From: Camelus ferus | Taxonomy: Eukaryota | Reading direction: 5' to 3' | DNA length: 64,000 nt | Assembly: GCF_009834535.1 (NCBI RefSeq) | Contig: NC_045697.1 | Span: forward strand, 115,012,001-115,076,000 | In this document: in pieces, positions 25,336 to 38,260 of the stretch | Numbering within the stretch: the first letter of the stretch is position 1 | How the letters are laid out: every line of letters begins with the position of its first letter | Translations under genes and position numbers: made by a program | The notes under the pieces: generated by a model | What the model was told of the DNA's origin: nothing | Databases searched by the model: none | What the model saw: only the letters and a program-made list of their open reading frames with translations

Positions 25336-26148
25336 AAGCTATTGGAAGGGCAACAGAGAAAACGACATGGTGAAGAGAATTTAGAAAGAGTGCTGTAAAT
25401 AGATAAGTAACAAAAGAGACATATTCACACATACAATTCTAACTACAACTGCTCTGACAAATGCAGTTTTAAAAACTAGCTCTTTGCCACGGTTGACTTA
25501 GGGGTCATGAAAAATACAATGTTAATACAGAAGGTTACAGAAGACAATAAACCTTTCAGTGAGTGATCAAAGATATAGATCTTTATTCAACAGGAATTCA
25601 GATAAAAAGGTGAGGACAATATGAGAACTTCCAGAGGTTCAAACTGCCCTGTTCACAGTTATCTTTGTGTTATACACATGTGACTGTGTGGGTGGGAGAA
25701 GTGCGGTGCCCGTACATGGATCTGTCATCTTTCTGTCTTTATGTTTAATAGGTTAAATTTTGCAGGAAACAGAAATGTAGATTTGCATGTCTCTTCTGGC
25801 AAAGACTATACTTAAAATGGTCTTGAGCTGCTGAGTGGTTGGCCATCACTTCCTGAATCCGGGCAGGGAATGAGTGTGTAAGGACTGGGATAGGCAGCTT
25901 CGTATCTGAGGCAACCACGAAGTCTGTCCCTTAGGTCACTTGGAAGCATTGATTCCTGTCATAAATTCACCCATCTGAAAGTTGTTCAGAGATCCTGGGT
26001 GGTCTCTTTTCCTGAGGAAATGTATAAAACTTGGTGGGATGGGCTGCAGACTTGGCCACTGCACCTAATCTCACCATGGAGCTGATGCTCATTCTCTTCC
26101 CCTTTCTCGTAGCCATTCCAGGGTCCCTCCTCTGCCTGTCCAGGTGGC

Positions 26149-26573
26149 TGTGGCGGGCATGAATCTGGTCTTTACTCAGCCCTCTCCTTAAAAGCACCCA
26201 CTACAAGTAAGGTGGGTGCCTGGCAGCTGTCAGCAGCCACACCTATGGTTTCATTTCGGCATCTCCCCTGAGGCTGTGCTCTCTGGACTCCTTCCTCATG
26301 TGATGGCCCATAGCTGGGGCACTGGAGCTGAGGGGAGCCTCCATTGAAAGGTTTTCATGCTCCCATCAGCCTACTTGTGTCTTTTTGGAGCTCTGCTGCT
26401 GTTAGAGACCCTTCCTCCACAATCCTCCTTCCTTCCGCCTCTTCTTTCACATTTGTCAGACCTGCTACTTCTCCCCTTCACCCTTTATAGGAATACCCCA
26501 CACCCCTTCTCAAAGCTGTTGAATGTTGAATTCCTGCTTGTTGTTTCCTTCTTAGAAAATTTAAATGAACACA
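26149..26573 (+). mobile_element. Solo LTR16C-like LTR inserted antisense in the ERV3-16A3 internal region
   Basis: Starts tgtggcgggcatgaa, contains caatcctccttccttcc...tgtcagacctgc, ends aacaca. Host internal sequence continues on both sides. Confidence 0.7.
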
Positions 26574-26658
26574 GAGCTTACTTGATTTTGGAGTGACTCA
26601 GATACTCATCTCTCAGGGTTCTGAATCATTAGCTGGTATTCCTTCTTAAAATTGTTGC

Positions 26659-26718
26659 ATATGTCTATTGACTGTTGAGTTTGCACCAATATGTCTATTG
26701 ACTGCTGAGTTTGCAATA
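26659..26718. repeat. 30-bp tandem duplication
   Basis: atatgtctattgactgttgagtttgcacca / atatgtctattgactgctgagtttgcaata. Confidence 0.9.
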
Positions 26719-26914
26719 AACTCCCATTCCATTCTGGATGCTTAATGTATTCTTCCTTGCTTCTACTGTGTAATAGATGCCCTACCTCCTATAGACGATC
26801 AGAAAAAAAAATCACTCCTGCCTGGATATTTATTCCTTTCCATTCCATTCTCACCTCCTGGCATCACTGAGAAGCCCAAAGTCTTCAGGCAACACATAAA
26901 ACTTAAAACACAAG

Positions 26915-27232
26915 GGGACAAATGAACTTACTCACGAAAAAGAAACAGAAACAGACTTGCAGACATAGAAAACAAACATGGTTACAAAAGGGAAAAGGAG
27001 GGGAGGGATAAATTAGAAGTTTGGGATTAGAAGATACAAACTACTGTACATAGAATAGATAACCAACAAGAACCTATTGTACAGCACAGGGAACTAGATT
27101 CAATATCTTACAATAACCTATAATAAAAATAATATGTATATATAATATATGTGTGTGTATGACTAAATCACTATGCTGTACTCCAGAAACTAACATAACA
27201 TTGTCAATCAACTATACTTCAATAGAAAAAAA
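26915..27232 (+). mobile_element. L1 3'UTR fragment nested in the ERV
   Basis: acaaatgaactta...cagacatagaaaacaaac...gcacagggaacta...caactatacttcaat plus A-tail. Confidence 0.9.
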
Positions 27233-30200
27233 AGGGGGGGGAGTTCTTGCTGTGTCTAATGGTACTAGTGTTCTCTCTCTGGAAACAGGACCCATGGGTA
27301 TGCAAATACTAGAGTTATAGGAATAGAAAATACAAATTACCCAAATGGACCAACGACAGTGAAGATAAGTGAAGTTTACTCTTATTTACATGCCTTGGTT
27401 CCTAGAATCGTGTTTCTACCACTTAGAGACACAACACGATATAGTGTTTATTGATCCAGTTGTAAATTGCATCTTTGAGGACGGCATCCAATCTACAAAG
27501 GGTATCATTTCCAAGCTGAAGCCTCAGTTCATGCTTGTTAAAGCTTTGTCATCATTTTATCTGATTGGAAACTTCTGGGTGGTGTGGTATGTGATAGGGG
27601 AAGTGAGTCCCATGATCCTGTGTACAACATCACAGATCATTTTTAGGAATGTGAATCCTTTGGTGTGATGTATTTTTGAGGATCATGAGTCAGTGGATCT
27701 TATTCTCTATACACCCTTAAATTGTTGTGTTCCCTGAGGCTCCTTGGCCAAAAGAGGCAAACTCATATTCATAACAAATGCTATCCAGAAAGCCCCACTC
27801 CTGTTAGAGGTGAATGGGTCCAGTGTAATAAACTTGTCACCATGGTTGCTCTACTCATCAACCCAATGTATCAGCACTGGGGGTGGCCAATGAAAGAAAC
27901 TGGCTGATGTTAATTTCTAAGTCATTCCATATACTTTTTTTTTTAATGATTTCTCTGATGGGTTTTAGTATGCAATATAAGACCAAAGACTTTCACAATT
28001 CATGTGCACTCCTGAAAGCTTCTGCACACAGTTCTTCTTCTACAGAACTTCCTGTCCTTTCTCTTCTAATCCTTGCTAGATGCCTAATCACAGGGCTCAG
28101 CAACTTGGCACTGCCCATAAATCTATGTAAATTCTAGTCGTGCACCACATTTCTTTCCACAGGAAGTCGATGATCAGGTATATGGTCTTAACTTCTAATC
28201 ATTGGGAGGGCTTCCCCTCACCGCTGTCTTTCAGGGCCACCTCTGAGTAGGACAGTAATACAATAGTTGTCTATTTTCAGCTTGCACCCAAATGCCCACT
28301 CACCTTATCTCTGAACCAGGGCTGGTATCATTGATATCCATCAGCTGGTAGTAACACTGCCTCTCCCACCCACCATCTAACTGCAGGTGTGAACTGAACA
28401 AGTGTTTTTGTCATACATTTTTCTAAAATAGTGAGACATGTAAGATGCATTAATTTGAAAATGTATCACTTATTTAGGTCCCAACATGCCCCAGACAACT
28501 AGGCCCATTAAAAAATTTAATTGATCTAGTGGGTTCTGATTTTTTGTATGATTTATCACCCATCCTTGGGAGTGCCAAGACCTTTAGCGTTCTTGTATAC
28601 TCTCTGATGTAACCAACATGATTCCATCAATAGAAAGAAAGAATGTGATATTAAGCAAAAGTGTACAGATGACACAGGTCTCTTCAACCTACATTATTAT
28701 TTGATAGTGAGCAAGAGTTAATATAACTCTGGGACAAAAATGAAACATATTCTGTTGTTTATCCCACATCCGTGAGAACTGCTTCTTGTCCATCTCTTCA
28801 TAGAGATGGAAAAAAACCCACATTCTCCAGATCAAAAGTCATATACCACATGCAGGTGGTCATGTTAATATGCTGTGACAAAGATATATTTGACTACTAC
28901 TTGGTTAAGTTTTCAGTAGCCCACTGCATTGTCAAGGGTCCAAACAGCTATTCTAGTGGTCAGATTTGTGAATTAAAGAGGGATATGATGAGGATCCATG
29001 TGACTGCACATTTTACATTTTTAAGGATGGCACTGATTTCTACCATTTCCCTTGAGATACAGCATCGCTTTTGACACAGTCAGGGGCCAGTTTCAACAGC
29101 TTCTACTTGGCTTTCCCAATTATGATAGCTCTTACCTCATAGGTAAATGTTGGTATTCTTAGGGCCACCAAATACCTTTATATAATTACTAATTGTGAGA
29201 CCAAGGAAATCACTGCTGTGTGGTCCACGGACACAGTGGAACTGCTATGAGGTAGACCTGGGCCAGAACACTATTTTTACAAGAACTTCACAAACAAAAA
29301 TGCTTTGCATCTCCAAGTACCCATATGTCAAACTGGATCTCTGTTTGGAGTTCTCGAAATGCCTAGTATCTGCCTTTCTTTAGTACACAGTTATCAGAAT
29401 AAATGACCGTATGCCTCATTGGGAAAGAACATTGATCATCATCACCATATAAATGTGCCCTAGTGTTGAAGGTGTTTTCCCCACTGAAACTGCCCTGCCC
29501 TTCAGTAAATGGGTTCTGGATGCTAAAACGGACACATGTTTGGAAACTGTGCAGGAAATGATGATGTTTTATTGAGTTGGCTGCCCTTCACATCATAGTC
29601 ATTCACACTTCATTTCTTTTGATTGTGTAAATTGAGAAATACTCTTAAAGGTTGCCTGTATATCTTGTCCCTAGGGATGCTGTGTTCTATCAGCACTCTC
29701 CAAAGTTCTCTGTCTGGCTCCTGTTTCCACTCTAATAGTTTCTGCTCACTTCAATAATTATGCCCATCATTTATTTTAATGGATAAGTGCTACTATCTGG
29801 ACACTATTATTCTGAGATCTTATCATCCTCGTTGCTATAAAACAATTACCATCAGCCATGTCCTATGTAAGGAGTCACCATTGATCCAGTAATGCTGTTG
29901 ACCCTCCCACAGTGCTTTTCTTATTCCATCGGTAAACATGGCCTTTGGGGGGAAATAGTCAGCTGGTAGATTTTTCTAGTCTTACATGGTACATCCACAT
30001 TAGTCTGTTGACTTCATGGGGCCTCTTGATTTTGACTTCCCCCATCCAACGTGGAAGTTCTAGCATTTCTCCTATACTTTGTTGGGGCCATCCCTTTCCT
30101 CAAACTTCCAAAGCCATCCAGGAATCAGCCCTGTATTCTAGGGTCTCTGTCAGGGTATGAAATCCATAATCAGGAAGAATGATCCCATATGAATAGACTC

Positions 30201-31118
30201 TTCACTCAACTTTATATCCAACCATTCTTGGTCTAGTCTCCTTAGGACCCTGTCCCATGAACACGCCCCTGCTTCCTAACAGTGCACATTGGCTGGATCC
30301 TACATTTTCATTGAGATATCCCTTTCACTTATTAGTAAGAGCACTGATTAGTAGCATCTTTCTGGAGAGTCTATTTTGAGATTTATCTTTACTTATTGAT
30401 CAAATGGGCATGAGGAAGATTGGGATACATGACAAGGAGGCACAAGTTGTCTCACAAGGCAGAATTCTGTGCAAGAGATGAGCCCTAGCCTTTAATATAA
30501 ACAGCCATATTTGTCAGCCCACAGATTAAAAAGAGAATCAGGAGATTCAGGATTTTTGACCCAGGTGTCTCCATCTTACATTCCATCACCCCTTTTTCTT
30601 TCCAGTCATGGTCTTGCCCTTGACACAGCACTCTGGATTGAGAATTTACATTTTCTGGCTTTCAGTTATCTCTCTGATTAATTCTCAGGCTTGAATGTGA
30701 GCTTTTCTGCCCTCTAGATGTGGGAGTGACTATATATTTATGTGCTGTGTTGCTTTAAATTAGTGACGAATCCCTTTAAGCTTTTCATTTTTCTCCTTCT
30801 CCCCTAATGTATTAATGGCCTCAACAACAGGCCATTATCCCATTCTACAGTCCTTACAATTACTGTTTCTCCTGAATTTCTTAAGTGGCTGTGAACTGAG
30901 ATATTTCACCAACCAATGCTTCCCCCCTCACCCCAGAATCCCATTCCAGTTTATGATCACGGAAATTTTAATGACTGCATCATTACTGCATATCAGGGCT
31001 TCTCAGTGCCCCATGTACCATCAGCAATGGGGTTCTCATTGCCAGTTGGCTAGCAAATGCTTTGGTTCCAAAATTTTCATTTCAGCATCTGCTTTTTTGG
31101 ACCATAATTTGCACCAAC

Positions 31119-31725
31119 TAACATAGATAAGGTTCCCTGGGAAACAAACTCTGAGACAGCGATTCAAATGAAGGCAGTTTACTGAGATGAACTCACTGAA
31201 ACAACACCTGTCTGAGAGTAAGAGAAGTAAGACTGGGCAGAGAGCTCTGGCATGGCCTTTCAGACAGGGTTGCCAGAGTCCGTGAATGAAAACAGAGGAT
31301 GCTCAAGTTAAATCTGAATTTCTGATAGACAAGAATAAATATTTTTGGAAATATATACTTTAGTATCCTTCAGTCTGGGTATGCCACAAATATTGCATGG
31401 GACACATTGATTCCAAAGAATTATTCATTGCTTCTCTGAAATTTAAATTAACTGGATGTCTTGTGTTTTTCCTGGTGATACTACCTTCACAGTTGTCATG
31501 AATTGAGACAACAGGCCAAGTCTTTTTTCTCCCCAAATTGAAAAGTGTTTAGATGCAGGCTGCCCTGTAAAAAGGGAGTGAACTTATGTGAGGCAGGATT
31601 CTTTAGCCAAAGGCTATCCTTGGAGGTGATGCTAAATGTGAATTGTCAGCTGCCATCACTCCTGAGGGAATAAATCCTCCAGTCTGGACAGAGCATCTGG
31701 GCAGTTCTCCACAGTCTTCCTGGTT
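31119..31725 (-). mobile_element. LTR16A-like 5' LTR
   Basis: Plus-strand ggttccctgggaaacaaactctgagac...aacacctgt...gactgggcagag and gatgcaggctgccc...tgtcagctgcca...atctgggcag...ccacag match antisense LTR16A. Confidence 0.75.
31265..31483. mobile_element. MER53-like palindromic hAT MITE
   Basis: cagggttgccaga...agttaaatctgaatttctgata...aaatattgcatgggaca...tctgaaatttaaattaactgg. 8-bp TSD ctttcaga (31257-31264) / ccttcaca (31484-31491). Confidence 0.85.
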
Positions 31726-31885
31726 GTGTGTGGGGGAGGGGAGGAGGCTGGGAGGAGGAGAGCGGGGAGGAGAAAATGGCAGGAACTATGTCATTACTTC
31801 ATCTGAACAAGATGCACGACAGCAATCTCAGCATTTTACAGTATATAGTATGACTATAAGGTACAGTATAATGAAAACAAACAGG

Positions 31886-32549
31886 AAAAAGACTGAAAAC
31901 AGAGTTACCATATGATCCAGAAATCCCACTCCTGGGCATATATCTGGAGGTAACTCTAATTCAAAAAGACACTTGCACCTCAATGTTCACAGCAGTATTA
32001 TTTACAATAGTCAAGACATGGAAGCAACCTAAATGTCCATCAACAGATGACTAGATAAAGAAAATGTGGTATATATGCACAATGGAATACTACTCAGCCA
32101 TAAAAAAGAATGAAATAATGCCATTTGCTGCAACATGGATGGACTTGGAGATTGTCATTTTAAGTGAAGTAAGCCAGAAAGAGAAAGACAAATATCATAC
32201 GATATCTCTTATATATGGAATCTAAAAAAATGACACACACAAAAATAAACTTATTTACAAAACAGAAATAGACTCACAGACATAGAAAACAAACTTATGG
32301 TGACCAAAGTGGAAGAGAGGAGGGATAAATTAGGAATTTGGGCCTAGCAGATTCTAACTACTATATGTAAAATAGATACACAACAAGGTCCTACTGTACA
32401 GCACAGGGAACTATATTCAATACCTTGTAATAACCTATAATAAAAATATGAAAATAATTTATATATATGTATAACTGAATCACTATGCTGTCCACCAAAA
32501 ACTAGCACAACACTGTAAATTAACTAAACTTTAATTTAAAGAAGAAGGG
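31886..32549 (+). mobile_element. 5'-truncated L1 (ORF2 end + 3'UTR)
   Basis: ttaccatatgatccag...ccactcctgggcatata... through the 3'UTR. TSD aaacaaacagg (31875-31885 / 32550-32560). Confidence 0.95.
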
Positions 32550-33139
32550 AAACAAACAGGCGTGAGCTCAGGCTTCACTCAGAACTCTTGGCCTCACAGC
32601 ACCAGGGCATCTTACTCAGGTTACCAGATTCCTGGACTTAGAACTGTGGGACTGAGATAGGAATGGGTTAGCTAGACTTTTCTAGAAGCCATGCAAACAG
32701 ACTCTGAGACCAGGCATACAGCTATGTTATAGCCTCGATATCTAAAGCAATCTACAGACCCTTTTTTCATTTTATGCTGTCTAAAGCTCTTGAAGATCAT
32801 TAGAAGGGTGTGAGTTTGAAGACAGGTGCCCTACTCTCATTGCACAAAAGTCTACTTAAGCAACCAGAATTAAAGATATTCTGTAATCTACACTAGTCCT
32901 ACCAGGCAGGCATTACAAATGCAAAGGCACGCTTGTTCCCTAGATGGGGGAAGGAAGTAGAAATAGCAGTATATTTTATAACGAAAACAAGACTATCACT
33001 TTACTAATCAATTCAACTCAGTGAAGCGTATTAAGAATGGAATTGATGTAGGATATTCTGTGGGACTGATAAATCTAAAGTGAATAAACATGTTAAAATT
33101 AAAACCATGTCAAAATACTTGTACACCATCTACAGCCGG

Positions 33140-33360
33140 GGGTCTGTAGTTAATAATATTATATTATATATTTGAAAGTGGCTAAGAGATTAGACCTTGA
33201 GATTTTTCATCACAAGAAGAAAAATGTGTTGCTATTTGTGGTGATGGATGTTAACTAGACTTTCTGTGATGATCATTTTGCAATAAGTACATGTATCAAA
33301 TCATTATACACCTGAAACTAATGTAATGGTATAAGTCAATTATATCTCAATTAAAAAAAG
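33140..33360 (+). mobile_element. L1 (L1MA-type) 3' end
   Basis: tagttaataatatt...gctaagaga...ggtgatggatgttaactagac...gtcaattatatctcaattaaaaaaa. Confidence 0.85.
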
Positions 33361-33770
33361 AAGAGAAGAAAGTTTTAAATCAATAACCTTTATTCCCACT
33401 TCAAGAAATGAGAAAAATAAAACTGTAGCAAGCTGAAGAGATGAAAATTTTTATAAAATATCCCAAACAAAACGATTATGAAATATTAACTTCTTTTTGC
33501 ATAGACACACAGGCTCATTAATTACAAAGAAGCAGACCATTATGATCTCATTTGAATCATTTATTTATAGGTCAAACTATGAGAAAAGAAACGCATATAA
33601 ATGCCCAATTGATCCCTAGTAATAAGCAAATCCAAGAATAACTTATGATTAGAAATCAATTCTATTAGAATTTGAAAAAAACAAACACAAAGAATTGAGG
33701 TTTTTTTTTTCTCCTTAACTCCACATTCTGTCATAGTTATTATGAGAATTAATGAGAAATCATCCCAGAT

Positions 33771-33988
33771 CAGTGGTAACCAACTGGATGTGATCTTGTC
33801 CCTTGGGAGATACTTGGCATTGTCTGGAGACATCTTGGATCATGACAACTGGGGAAGAGGGTGTGTTACTGGCATCCAGAGGTAGATGCCAGAGCAATTG
33901 CTGAACACCCTGCACACTACAGGATAATCCCCACAGCAAAGAATTATCTGCCCCTAAGTGTCAATAATGCTGGGATTCGGAAGCCCTA
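33771..33988. mobile_element. MER20 hAT MITE
   Basis: cagtggt...ttggcattgtctggagacat...tactggcatc...aaagaattatctgccc...tgtcaataatgc...aagccct. Confidence 0.85.
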
Positions 33989-34459
33989 CTCTGAAATCAT
34001 CTAAAATAATATGCAAATATTCATCACCTGATAATAAACATCTATTAAGCACATTTGTAGTTTGGAATTCAATCAAAATCCATTCTTTCAGTCAGCTGCT
34101 CATTCAGCAAATATTTATTGAGGACCTAGTGCATATTAAGTACAGTGCTGCTTGTTAGGATTAGTCGAATGCAGAAAATGACTACACTTGATCTTCATTT
34201 TATTCTCTTGCGCTTCATCATGCTTCTTTGTTGCCTAACAATTTAGGATTGGCACACCCACTAATAAACACAAAGATGCCATTCTGGGCTACAGGTATTG
34301 TTAGTTAGTTTGGAATGGAACCTACAGTTGGAAATGTATTTTAAATACCATTCTAACAGGAAATCTATAGTATTTCATCTCTGTCATCAAATTCTAGAAT
34401 AACATGAGCAGAATTTAAAATATGCTTTCATTTAAGGAAGAAGAGTGTCATCCTGTTTT

Positions 34460-34766
34460 TTTAACTGAAGTACCATCAATTACAATGTGTCAATTTCTTG
34501 TGTACAGAACAATGTCCCAGTCATGCATATATATACAAGTATTTGTTTTCATTTTTTTCATTAAATGTTACTATAAGATACTGAACACAGTTCCCTGTGC
34601 TATACAAAAGAAAATTTTAAAAATCTATTTTTATATATAGTGGCTAACTTTGCAAATCTCAAACTTCCAAATTTAAGTTGTGGTATATTTATACAATGGA
34701 ATACTATTCAGCAATAAAAAAGAATAAAATAATGCCATTTGCAGCAACATGGATGGACCTAGAGAT
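34460..34766 (-). mobile_element. Young L1 with 5' inversion
   Basis: Antisense L1 3'UTR 34460-34675 joined to a sense L1 ORF2-end segment 34676-34766. TSD tgtcatcctgtttt / tgccttcctgtttt. Confidence 0.9.
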
Positions 34767-35502
34767 TGCCTTCCTGTTTTGAGCATTTATAATTATGACC
34801 AAAATTAGATCAGAAGTAATGAATTAAAAATATGTAAGACACTAATTCTATTATGCCTCAGACATAGTAAGTGGGCAGCCATTATGTGTTAGTAAAGAAA
34901 TATACTACGTAGGGTGTAACATGTGAGGAAGTCATATATCTTACAGTTTTGCCTTTTTTAGGTGTATCACATGACCAAGGCTTTGTAAGATATGGAGGAC
35001 TTTGCTTATTTGAATAAGTGGAAGAATTAATCTCTGATTTCTTTCTCTCATGTCCTAACTGAAAACTGTGTTTTGGAATTAGACTTGTAAAATGAATGTA
35101 ATTCATAGAAGATGGAGAACCATTTTTTTTTCTAATTCATCTACTACATTCCAAGTGAAAACGGAAGGCAAAGTTGATAGTCTATTCAGTGCTTACCAAC
35201 TCTTGGAGGAAAGACATGCTCTGAAATGAAGAGTATTAATTACAACCCATGTCATCCTATTCCACATAATGAAGACTATAAAGATTGTGGGTAAAAACTG
35301 TGTTTTTGTGATCTCTTGTCTGAAACTAATTTCCTAATAATAAGTGTTGAAATGTAGTAAAAGAAACCCCAAACCTTTTGATCCTCTTTCCTCAGAATAC
35401 GTCTGTATTAGCACGAATAGGTGTATTATATCAACATGAATAACACCTGCATAGTGGATGTTCCTGATGGTCTATTTAAGATTATTTAAAAATCAAAAAG
35501 AA

Positions 35503-35969
35503 GTAACTAGGGTTCAGGCATTCAAAATGAAGCCGGTGGCTAGCGTGGATGTGGCTTCAGACATGTTCCTGAATCACTGAGAACCTGAATTTTCTGAACG
35601 GTGTCAAACTCAAAGACACCACCAGCTGTTTTCCAAAAGATGTCTTCTAGCAGCTGCCAGATTCAACCTTGTGGTTTCGAAGTACCCCCCAAACTTCCCA
35701 ACTGTGTAATCATTTCGAACCCCAACCCATCCTTGCTTAACAAGCGCCCTCACATCTTCCCAGCTCTAATCCTAAATTTTGACGAACAACTTGTGTAACC
35801 TTGTGGGTTTTGCCTTTAAAAACTTCCCCCATTTTGTTGTTTACTGGAATTCACACCACAGTTCAGGTGCTTCTTGGATCTTTGTCTCAAGGGCTGCAGT
35901 CCAAACAAATCCCAAATAAACATTTTTTTCCCCTCAACCAGGTCTCTGTTCTTGGAATTCTTGGTTAAC
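35503..35969 (+). mobile_element. Probable solo LTR (ERV1-type, family not assigned)
   Basis: LTR-like layout: gtaactagggtt start, gcctttaaaaac TATA-like box (~35812), AATAAA (~35915), ggttaac terminus. Confidence 0.5.
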
Positions 35970-37020
35970 GTTCCTAATATCCTATGGCCTATATATATTA
36001 ACCCCTGGATTCTCAATGGCCCACAACTATTGAAAAATTCTGGACTGTTCATAAGATCTGGGTGATAATTCTTGTTCAAATACTCAAAGATTACTAACTT
36101 TTCTTCTTACTGTTTTGATGTTTCTATTTTTATTTCCAACAACGTTAAGTTTTCAAAGATTTGATGACGTCTAAGGGGGAGAATCGGGGCTATAAGGTAA
36201 CCTAGAGTACTCCCTGCTATTATTACTGCTGTTCCCATCACTGCTACCAGAGGTGGGTGAGTGAAGAGACCAGTGGGCAGAAGAGAAAGAGAAGTCACTG
36301 AAGGACTCCCGACTTCTACTCTGACTTGTAAGGTGCTTGAAAGTTATCACCCCCATCCTGATAAGAAAGAAAATTAGTCACACTGAGAATCAACAATGTC
36401 TGTGAATGGACTCACAGCCACAATCTGCTTATCAGGAGCAGAGACCAGTGGAGCCATGCCCTGCTGGAAACATGTCAATGGTATTTTTGATGAATGGTTA
36501 GAGGCTTCGCATGGACAAGCATGACAGTGGGAAACTCCTGCAGGCCTCTGTCTTGTGGGAGAAGGTCCCAAATGTTCGTGGGCTTTCCCTCCAGGAACCT
36601 CACTGGGCTCCTGCATCGTGGTGAAGATTTGAGAAAGAAACCATGTGGCTCTGGCAGGGAGAGAGGAAACACAGATCATTGTGCAGTGTGCCCAGAGCAT
36701 TTTTCATAACAGAGGCCTCCCAGGAAGAAAGACTGCCGGGGGAAAGGCATTTCTTCCACGCCAGCCCCTTCTCACGGCCCCAGGGTCTCCCATGGGAAAC
36801 AGAAAGCAAAGAGCAGAGTCAACTGAGGCTGGGATTTAGGGAAGGAGATGAGGATCACTGTCGGCTGGGGAGAGTGTAGGGAGCGATGAGGGCCAAGCTA
36901 ACCCTCTAGAGGAAAACCTGCCCACCAGGCCCGGGCCAGTGAAAGATGGGAGGGTTAGGGGTGCCCCCTCCCAGTACCTCACCACCACACAGGCCGGGCT
37001 TCAGCACAGTAACTGTGGAC

Positions 37021-37636
37021 GGTCAAAGATAAGCACAGCCAGACATCAGTTAAAGGGGCAGAAACAGATTCACTCGGTAAGTACTGACAGGAGAGGGCTG
37101 AGCTTCTTTCCAACATGTGCAGAGGTGACCTCGTGTTCTTGAAGGAAGATGAGGGAGGCAGATGAGCAGAGACCCAGTGCAGTCAGAAAAGCAAAGAGCC
37201 ACAGTGGTTTGGTTCATGGAAATGAGATTAGGCCAGGTGTGTTTGCTAGCAGGCCCTGATCTAAGGCAGGATTCTGTCCCCTCACATGGATGGTGGGTGG
37301 GAAGGGGGGGCCAGGAGGCCCTATACTTCCTGACGACTTTATTTTAAAAGGCTGGTCTCAGGCCCTTGAGAAGGACACTTCTAAGAAATACACATTCACA
37401 ATTGTCAACTATTACCAGTAATGCTCTAAGAAAAGGAGGTCAAGGGCCTCTCAGGCGTTGGCTAGAACACGCAGTCAGCTCCCCTGGCAGCTCTGAACTT
37501 TATCAGGCAGTGTTTTAATGGGGGGCTTAGGCCACCTTAGCTCACAGCTTCATGCTGCTAAGAAGCCAGGCTGGAGTTTGGTGGTTCCTTAGTGCAGAGG
37601 TTTGAACAGAATTGTTCTGTAGGCAGAGATTCTCTG
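37021..37636 (-). mobile_element. ERV1 solo LTR, MER67-like
   Basis: Minus strand: accaaactccagcctggcttc...tgcctgataaaagttcagagctgccagg...gttctagccaac...gacctccttttcttagagcatt...acaattgtgaat. Confidence 0.6.
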
Positions 37637-38260
37637 GGGAGGAGTACTTAATGAGGCCCACAGTCAAGAAGGGAGATGAAAACAAGGACAATTAAAACAT
37701 CCCCGACCCTCTTGTACCTACAGTTATTGCCAACTTTAAACACAGTTCAACTCGTAGGCAGGTTAGCATAAAATTTCACACTGAAGGCCGATACTCCTCA
37801 TGTCCTATTACCTAATAAAGCATACCTGGCTTCCAACCAAGAATTCAAGGCATGCTGAAAGTCCAGAAAAAGCACTGTGAAGAGAAAAAGCAAGCATCAG
37901 AACCAGACTTAGATATGACAAAGATGTTGGATTGTCAGCCTGAGAATTTAAAATAACTATAATTAACATGATAAAAAAAAACCCCAACGGAAAAAGTAGG
38001 AAACATGCAAGTATAGATAGGTAATATAAGCAGAGAGATGGCAATTCTAAGAAGAAATCAAAAGAAAGGGCTAGTAATAATAATTTTTTTAAAAACACTA
38101 TAATGGCAATGAAGACTGTTTTGACAGGTTTATCAGTAGGTTTAACATGGCTGAGGAAAGAGTCAGTGAGTTTGAAGATCTGTTGATAGTAACTTTCCAA
38201 ACTGAAATGCAAAGAGGAGAAAAAAAGAAGAATGAAAAACAAACAAAAAGAACAAAACAA

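Larger units (their letters stand above)
25790..31725 (-). mobile_element. ERV3-16A3/LTR16A-like class III provirus (5' LTR, internal gag-pol relic, partial 3' LTR)
   Basis: 5' LTR 31119-31725 followed by a PBS-like gttggtgc. RT remnant WYMTFDLEN..F..KKQF..WDKQQ..LSQSYINS...NIT...SIDGIML (~28610-28850, YIDD degenerated). Integrase C-terminus ~27370-27520. PPT-like aagggacagac, then 3' LTR start at ~25921. Confidence 0.8.

Noticed and set aside
36374..36879. Cluster of overlapping ORFs on both strands in GC-richer DNA
   Set aside because: Explained by higher GC in the old L1 5' region; no recognisable product.
37808..38260. Longest ORF (150 aa, hydrophobic, minus strand)
   Set aside because: Antisense of A-rich L1 ORF1 sequence, which yields F/L-rich pseudo-membrane peptides.
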